From Flaccisagitta enflata (Eukaryota): DNA of 64,000 nt. The stretch lies in contig OZ231126.1 of NCBI GenBank assembly GCA_965153355.1, positions 37,386,001-37,450,000 on the forward strand. Reading direction: 5' to 3'. The translations under genes were made by a program, and so were the position numbers. Below, piece after piece: positions 46,958 to 64,000 of this stretch (the first letter of the stretch is position 1; the number at the start of each line of letters is the position of its first letter). The notes below the pieces were generated by a model that worked only from the letters and a program-made list of their open reading frames with translations, was not told the DNA's origin and did no database searches.

Positions 46958-47771
46958 AAATTTATTTTTATTTTCAAATTTGTCCTCGGACTCCTATAAA
47001 AGGCCACGATCGCCCGAGCGGTCAGACTATCTGGCCATTTGTCCAAAAGTCTTGAGTGTCTCCACAATAATAAATGAAATTTGCCATTTTCAACAACTGT
47101 TATTTTGATCTTAATCAGTTTAAGGTAAAACAGTGGTTCGTGGTGCGTCCAAACTGCTCTTTCGCCCTTGTTTCCTCTCTCAAAGTTTGTGAAGGAATGG
47201 GCAGTGAATGATGTATGAAGTTTATAAAACCTGGCAGATTGTCTTTTCGAATACGAATCCAGCGATCGATGTAAACACTTTGGATTTTGTTATATCCGTA
47301 CTTGAACGAAATAGAATACAAGCACTCCCACCTTGGCATGCCACCGGAGGCCTTAGTCTTTAGGCCTAAGTCGCGAAACACAATCATTGCAAGGATCCCG
47401 GTCCGTATTTTGACTGATTCGTTATCGAGTAGAGAAGTCCGGGGGAGGGGCTCAAATCTTTAACACTAGGAAAATGAGTGAAATGCTGAAACCTAAAAAA
47501 TGGTGTACGGTCTTTTTTTTTCTTTTTGAACGGCAAACCCCCAGTCTGGATTTCACTCATTTTGACCGTATAGAATTGTTGATTTTCTAGATTTAAACAA
47601 TTTTCAAATCATTTTTCACCGTTTTTACTTTTTTCTTACTTTTTGCACTTTTTTACGTTTTTAAACATTTTGAAACACTTATAACTCTTTTTAACTTTAT
47701 CTAAATAACATTCTTGACACTTCTTTGCAGATTGAGTGTAGAGGGCGTAGCACACGACTACAAATAAAAAG

Positions 47772-47872
<101 letters not shown>

Positions 47873-48246
47873 ATGACCCAGAGATATCAAGATACTACTT
47901 TAGTACCGTACTATCATGACGCGAGATTGACATTTACAGCAGCTTTTATCGTCAAGTAGTTGCCTTTAGCCTTTAGTATTCTCTTTTCTCAATTACAAAA
48001 TGCTCTCCTGCTTTGCCGCACCCCAAGTGTGATGTCAACGGTAGATAACTGTCAGCTGTGAAAGGAGATGTCCGTGACTTTGGATCTTGTCACACGCTCA
48101 CTCTCACACAAGGACGGATTGTAGTATTAGACTCTGATTGATGTCAGTTTCTCTACCACTGTCATTTTTTGCTGATTAGTGTCACCAATCTAAACTCTCG
48201 AGTAAAAGATCATACGAATTGATTTTTTTTTAGAACCTATTGCATA

Positions 48247-50120
48247 CCGGGTGATCAGCCGGAACCGAGTAAATCTTTTTGGACGGTGAGACTGAATGAC
48301 TGATAGTTGAAATTTGGGCAATACAGTATGTTTTTTCTGAACTGATACAAATGAAAATCTTATAACTTTGGGATGGAACAAGATATTCAAAATCCGAAAA
48401 AAGTGCTAGATAGATATTGGTTTGCAGATTTTTCATGTTCTTTTCTTATGGTTTATCATGTAATGGTGTAACCATCATGTAATAACAAGCTGAGTCAGTG
48501 TTTTTAAAGAAAATTGCCAAATTCATAAGCAAAATTCTTATAAAATCATCACAACTTCGTATCTATTATCCTGATTTTGATCCAAGACGCTGAAGTGAAC
48601 AAACTGAATTGACTTATTCCTCCAATTTGAATTAAAAACACAAGTGGCTCAATTATCATCAACATTTTGCACCAAAAAATGTGTTTTTTTGCACATTTTA
48701 GAGAAAAAATGATTAATTTGTGACTCTGAACTTAAAATTGGTAATTCTGTCACAATGATGAGGCAGAATGAGCATCTATGATTAGTTTTCTTGCATTTAA
48801 GACCACTCCTGGAGTTTTAGCTTGATCTATAGAGATCCAGCATGAATTTAACATGATGTACATCAGAGATTTTTTGGGTCGGAAATTTCAAAAATCTTTT
48901 TTTCATTTTATGTTGAATGGATAAGTATTCTGAGCATAATCAATGCTCCAAAAATTTTTTTAGGTAACTAAACGAAAAGGTAGTGATAAAAATTAGTTTA
49001 ACGCCCAATAAGACATTGTTACCACAACGTTTTCCACCTATCTTAGTTCGTGTGATCATGGGCCATTATATTCAGCAAGTTGAGCATGATTGTAGGGGAA
49101 TTGATTCCATGAGCGCAAGTTGTTGAAAAAAACGCTTCAGTTAAAGTCACTCCTTACCCACCGGAGTTCACGGGTAAGATACCTTAGCAAAATCCGTATC
49201 AACACTGTAGTTCTTTTCTTGATTAGTTGCCGAAAACTTGAGCCCTGGCGCATTTCCTTTTCGCTGGTTCCATTTATATTTTTTTCCAACAAATAATAAT
49301 TCCTAAGCTGATTGCTACGGATTTTCTTTTCACTCTAAGCTACTTTAGAAACAGACTCTTGTATGAGATATGACTTAAGAGATGCTTTTGAGAATTTACA
49401 CTATTTGAGAAATGAACATTTTGATTTACATAAAGTGGGGGCTTACTTTTTTAAACTGATGGATCATTCCTTTTAAGATAAAAAATCTGCAGACCAAGAT
49501 CTATCTTGCATTTTTTTTTGGATTTTGAATATCTTGCTCCATCCCAAAGTTATAAGATTTTCATTCGTATCAGTTCAGAAAAAACATACTGTAGTTTATC
49601 ATAAAGAAAATTAATGAACGTTTACTTTCAGCCAAAGATGGATATCATAGCCCAAAAGGCTGGCAAGTAATGGCTGTAGATGCTTTTTTCCATGATCGGG
49701 AATTGATGCCAAAATTGGATTAACTTGGACGATTGACTTTTTTTCATTTATTCAATGTCGATGGTGTTTTGACTATATCTGTTGACTAGATAGAGCTTGA
49801 ATCCGTTTTTGTGCCAAATTGAAAAGTTTTTAATCCAGTTTGAAGAAAACCTGCAATTTCGTACCTGATATGTCTCTAATCTAAGTAAAACGACATGACA
49901 TTAGACAAGGATTCTGCGCGAAACTGCACTACTTTTCCAAATCGACTTAAACTGAAATATAGCCTAGATGGCTGTTTCTTTAACATTACAGGGTTATTTC
50001 TTTTTAGATAAGCAAACGTTCAGCAATTCTCTTCAATTCTTGACCATCCCTAACTAATTTGCTTTTGTATTTTAAGAGTAATGGCAACATGCATTTACTC
50101 AATTCCCGCTGATCACCCGG
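48247..50120. mobile_element. TA-flanked non-autonomous Tc1/mariner-type element (outer)
   Basis: TA|CCGGGTGATCAGCCGGAACCGAGTAAAT ... ATTTACTCAATTCCCGCTGATCACCCGG|TA. Confidence 0.85.
48324..49591. mobile_element. TA-flanked element with ~110-bp TIRs nested in the 48247 element
   Basis: TA|CAGTATGTTTTTTCTGAACTGATAC ... GTATCAGTTCAGAAAAAACATACTG|TA. Confidence 0.9.
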
Positions 50121-50374
50121 TATTGGTATCATTTACAGCGGTTTATGGCTGACTCCAAACATGAAAAGTGGTGGCAGTTACTTCGCTAGTTGGTCCCTTC
50201 GCCCATCCACCATTTGATTTCGTGTCCAAATGTTAGTTCATTTGTCCGTCCATCAATCACTCTATCTGGAGTGCAGACTTCTTGCGTTTGCAGCTGTTTA
50301 AGCATTGTTGTTAAGGTCCGATCCCTGGGTGTACTACAAAAACAACAAGTAACACTGTACACCCATACACAGTA

Positions 50375-50708
50375 CGTCTGTCAGAGTGCCTAGAAAAGCC
50401 AAAATTAAACTTTGCTCCTCAAAAATATTTTTCTTTTGCAAAAATGCATTCAAATGAGCCATCGTGCGACTATCAAATCAATAGGGTGACTTTGAAGTTT
50501 CCATAGATCTGAATGAGAAAGATAAAATTTGCATCATGGAAAAATAGATTCCAATGATGATTCAATGCAAACTTCAATCTCACCCTAAAGATGGTTCCCA
50601 ATTGATTTGAAAGTTGCACAATGGCTCATTTGAAAGCATTTTTGCAAAGGAAAAATATTTTTGAGGAGCAAAGTATAATTTTGGCTTATCTAGGCACTCT
50701 GACAGACG
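50375..50708. mobile_element. TA-flanked MITE with ~105-bp TIRs
   Basis: TA|CGTCTGTCAGAGTGCCTAGA.AAGCCAAAATTA ... TAATTTTGGCTT.TCTAGGCACTCTGACAGACG|TA. Confidence 0.92.
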
Positions 50709-51074
50709 TAATACACAGGCAGGGCAGGAATTTCGCGTTTCCACTCTATTGAATCGATCATTCTGAATCGATGGACCGACGGACGGACAAATGGACGGGC
50801 GAAGCCTTGGGAGTCTGCGACTAATCGGGAAAAAAGTCGAAGTCAGTCTTCGACTTTTTGACATATTCCAGAAAAACAGGGTTTTCATTTTCTTAATAGG
50901 AAGTTGAGCATCTCCATCGAACGATTGCATATTCGGACAAAATTGACGGGGTAAGTAAATTTGATAATTCTCTTTAATTTGGCGCCAAGCAAAATGCTCT
51001 AAGACAAACATTTTTTGCGTGATAATTTTTTAAAGATTTATTAATGAAAATTCATATAGAATTTTTTTCGATTT

Positions 51075-51480
51075 TTTATGATTTTATGTAGGATCAATAA
51101 AGGAGTGTATTTATGTCTGTTTGAGCATGCAAATACAAGAAAACATGTTTATGAGCATAGCTGCTCATATATAAGGGTGTTTTTGAGCATTTTAGCCCAT
51201 TTAGCTTAGTCCTCTTTTCTGATTTCAAATGGGATGAATAAATGGATATTTTGATACATGTTTAAGCAAGCAAATACAAGAAAGCATGTCAATGAGCAGA
51301 GCTGCTCATCTGTGAAATTTTTAATTATTCAAGCTCATTTAGCTCACTTTTTGTCTCTGATTTTGAATAGAATAAATAAATAAATGTTTTGATTTGAGCA
51401 TGCAAATACAAGAAAGCATATCAGTGAGCATACCTGGTTGTCTGGTTGAGTGATTTTGAATATTTTAACTCATTTCTCTG
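51075..51480. repeat. ~140-bp diverged tandem repeat x3
   Basis: TTT(G/A)AGCA.GCAAATACAAGAAA.CAT at about 51120, 51261 and 51393. Confidence 0.75.
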
Positions 51481-51856
51481 ATCAAATACACCAGAACACT
51501 GATGAGTGATAGTCCATGTCTTTCATTGGCCAGATGCCGTTTTAAAAAACCACAATGTGGTTGTACCCCCTTGAAAATGGATCTAAAAAATTGCGAGAGA
51601 AAACCTGAAAAAATCAGACCTCAAATAAGAATTGACGAAAGGTGGTCTTTGCGGTCTCACGAGAGGGAAATCGGTTCATTTCCCAATCCCCCAAACTTTT
51701 AAGTATATATTTCCCCCTCAAAAGTCAGGAATCCATTTTCCTTTTGTGTCCCGGGAGAAGCTTGTATAATCCATCGTCGCTTATACATAGTTCAAATTTT
51801 CATCTCTGATTCAACCATCCTCGCATTTCTCCGTGATTTTTACGGCCTTTAGACGT

Positions 51857-52094
51857 ATTTTTAGTCGCGTGCACGCGACTCTACAACCCGCTCTGTCCGT
51901 TGGTCAGTCTGTCGGTTGGTCGGTCCGTCACGCTTAGCTTTTATTGTCAATTTATGTCATTTTAAGTCATTTTAGGTCATTTTCAATTATTTAAAGTTAT
52001 TTTGAGGTCAATTTACATTTAGTCTTTTATTCTTTTGGTCTTTTAGTCTTATGGTCTTAACAACCGCACGCGACTGTAAGGTGTTGGCCTTGTT
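51857..52094 (+). mobile_element. HINE-like element, family A
   Basis: Perfect 5' palindrome AGTCGCGTGCACGCGACT, 3' GCACGCGACT and GGCCTTGTT. Confidence 0.85.
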
Positions 52095-53209
52095 CATTCT
52101 TGAAAGACAGGGTTCGTCCGCTCATTTGTCCCGTAGTGTCACATGGTCATCGTAATTTGATGCTTCCTCGTTTGTTCAAATCGCAATGCCCAAACCGTCC
52201 GCTTTTTTTTTCTTTTTCTTTTTCTTTTTCTTTTTCTTTTTCTTTTTCTTTTTCTTTTTCTTTTTCTTCTTCTTGGCACTACAGTGTCATACGGTCAGCG
52301 ATCCCTGTTACCCCATTGTTACTTGTAAGTGGTTTGCGTTAATAATGGAGAATTTCTTATTTATTCAAACATTATGATTATATGTTTCGGTATGAATTTG
52401 ACGCGAAAAGCAGTTGATATAAAATTTTCATGATGTTTTTCGCAATTTCCTTTTTCGGGCATGGGCCATCAACATCTTTACAAGCCCATTGAAGCCTTGC
52501 AACATTATAGCCTTTACACGATCAGTTTCCAGCCGCGAAGTTGAGCCGAGCGGAGCTGAAAATGGAAACATAAAGTCGCGATAGTTAATGCGGTATGTCC
52601 GTATTGCATGTACTGGTAAGATCATTGAATTTATTCTTTTATTCTTTTCTATCAGTTGGGGCCTCGCATCTTATTTTTTGATTAATCATCCTACAATCTT
52701 AATTTCCTCTACATCAAAAGGACGTATAATTCTTGTTATTTTTTGTGCAGTTGTTCAATCTTTGCCCTGTCCCTGCGCTACAGAATTGTGTTTCTCAGTA
52801 TTACGCTGTTTTTTTCCCCAATCAGTTTTGTCGAAGATGAACGAGATGAGAGATTTGATTGATTCTTTGTTGGTTTAAGTGATAGTACCACACATTCTTC
52901 GAAAAAAATCCCATGCAATCCAATGGGGGATTTGTGACACTTTTTTCAAGATGTCACAAGATTTGTGACACGGTGTCACAATAAAAATGTCTCAATAACA
53001 GACACAGATGTCATGACTTGCAAGCCCACCTTTCTTTCCTAAGAATGTTTTGGACGTCTCAGTCCCAGTTTAATCATTCAAAAATCAAGTGGCAAATCTT
53101 TGTATCATAAAGTAAGATGTCCCAACCATGATAAAAATTAAATGACTCAAAAAGGACCAAATATCCTTCTATTTCCCAAGCTATGAATGTGATTGCAGTG
53201 ATAATTCAG

Positions 53210-53595
53210 ATGTCACAGACTGCAGCAAAGTCAAGTGTCACAAGTTTCACAAATTGATTAAAAGACAAGTATCAAAAATTGATGCAAATTCAAGTGTCAC
53301 ATATAAGGGAAATGTCACAAATTGAGTCAAAGACAAGTGTCACAATTTAATGCTAAGTCAAGTGTCACATATTAAGGAAATGTCAGGTGTCACAAATTGA
53401 GTTAAAGACAAGTGTCACTAATTGAGTCAAAATCAAGTGTCACATCATAAGGAAATGTCAGGTGTCACAAATTGAGTCAAAGACAAGTGTCACAAATTGA
53501 GTCAAAGACAAGTGTCACTAATTGATGCAAAGTCAAGTGTCACATATTATAGATATGTCAGGTGTCACAAATTGAGTCAAAGACAAGTGTCACTA
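53210..53595. repeat. Short-period (~22-30 bp) repeats with AAGTGTCAC core, leading into the satellite
   Basis: CAAGTGTCACAAATTGAGTCAAAGA variants repeated about 14 times. Confidence 0.88.
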
Positions 53596-53615
53596 TGGCA
53601 TTAGGGCACTATGGC

Positions 53616-64000
<10,385 letters not shown>

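Noticed and set aside
52428-52556. Possible minus-strand terminal exon (APLGSTSRLETDRV...RKTS*)
   Set aside because: Only an acceptor-like site and a short frame, with no partner exon or domain.

Overview
Repeat-rich eukaryotic (invertebrate-animal-like) genomic DNA, not prokaryotic. Main content: (1) a spliced class A (rhodopsin-like) orphan GPCR gene on the minus strand that the ORF track misses. I assembled 5 phase-compatible GT-AG exons (9025..5795, about 440 aa, signal peptide to mid-TM7). It has non-canonical motifs, and its NPxxY exon is not in the window. (2) A 5'-truncated APE-RT non-LTR retrotransposon with one nonsense codon. (3) Two satellite arrays: a 232-bp unit at the left edge, and a ~655-bp unit at the right edge with an internal inverted repeat and an apparent 7-monomer higher-order repeat. 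(4) About 20 copies, from at least 5 families, of Helentron-associated (HINE/DINE-1-like) short elements. (5) Several TA-flanked and hAT-type MITEs, some nested, a tRNA-derived SINE with a (CAA)n tail, and abundant microsatellites, which explain most ORF-track entries. All calls were made by eye, and family assignments need database confirmation.
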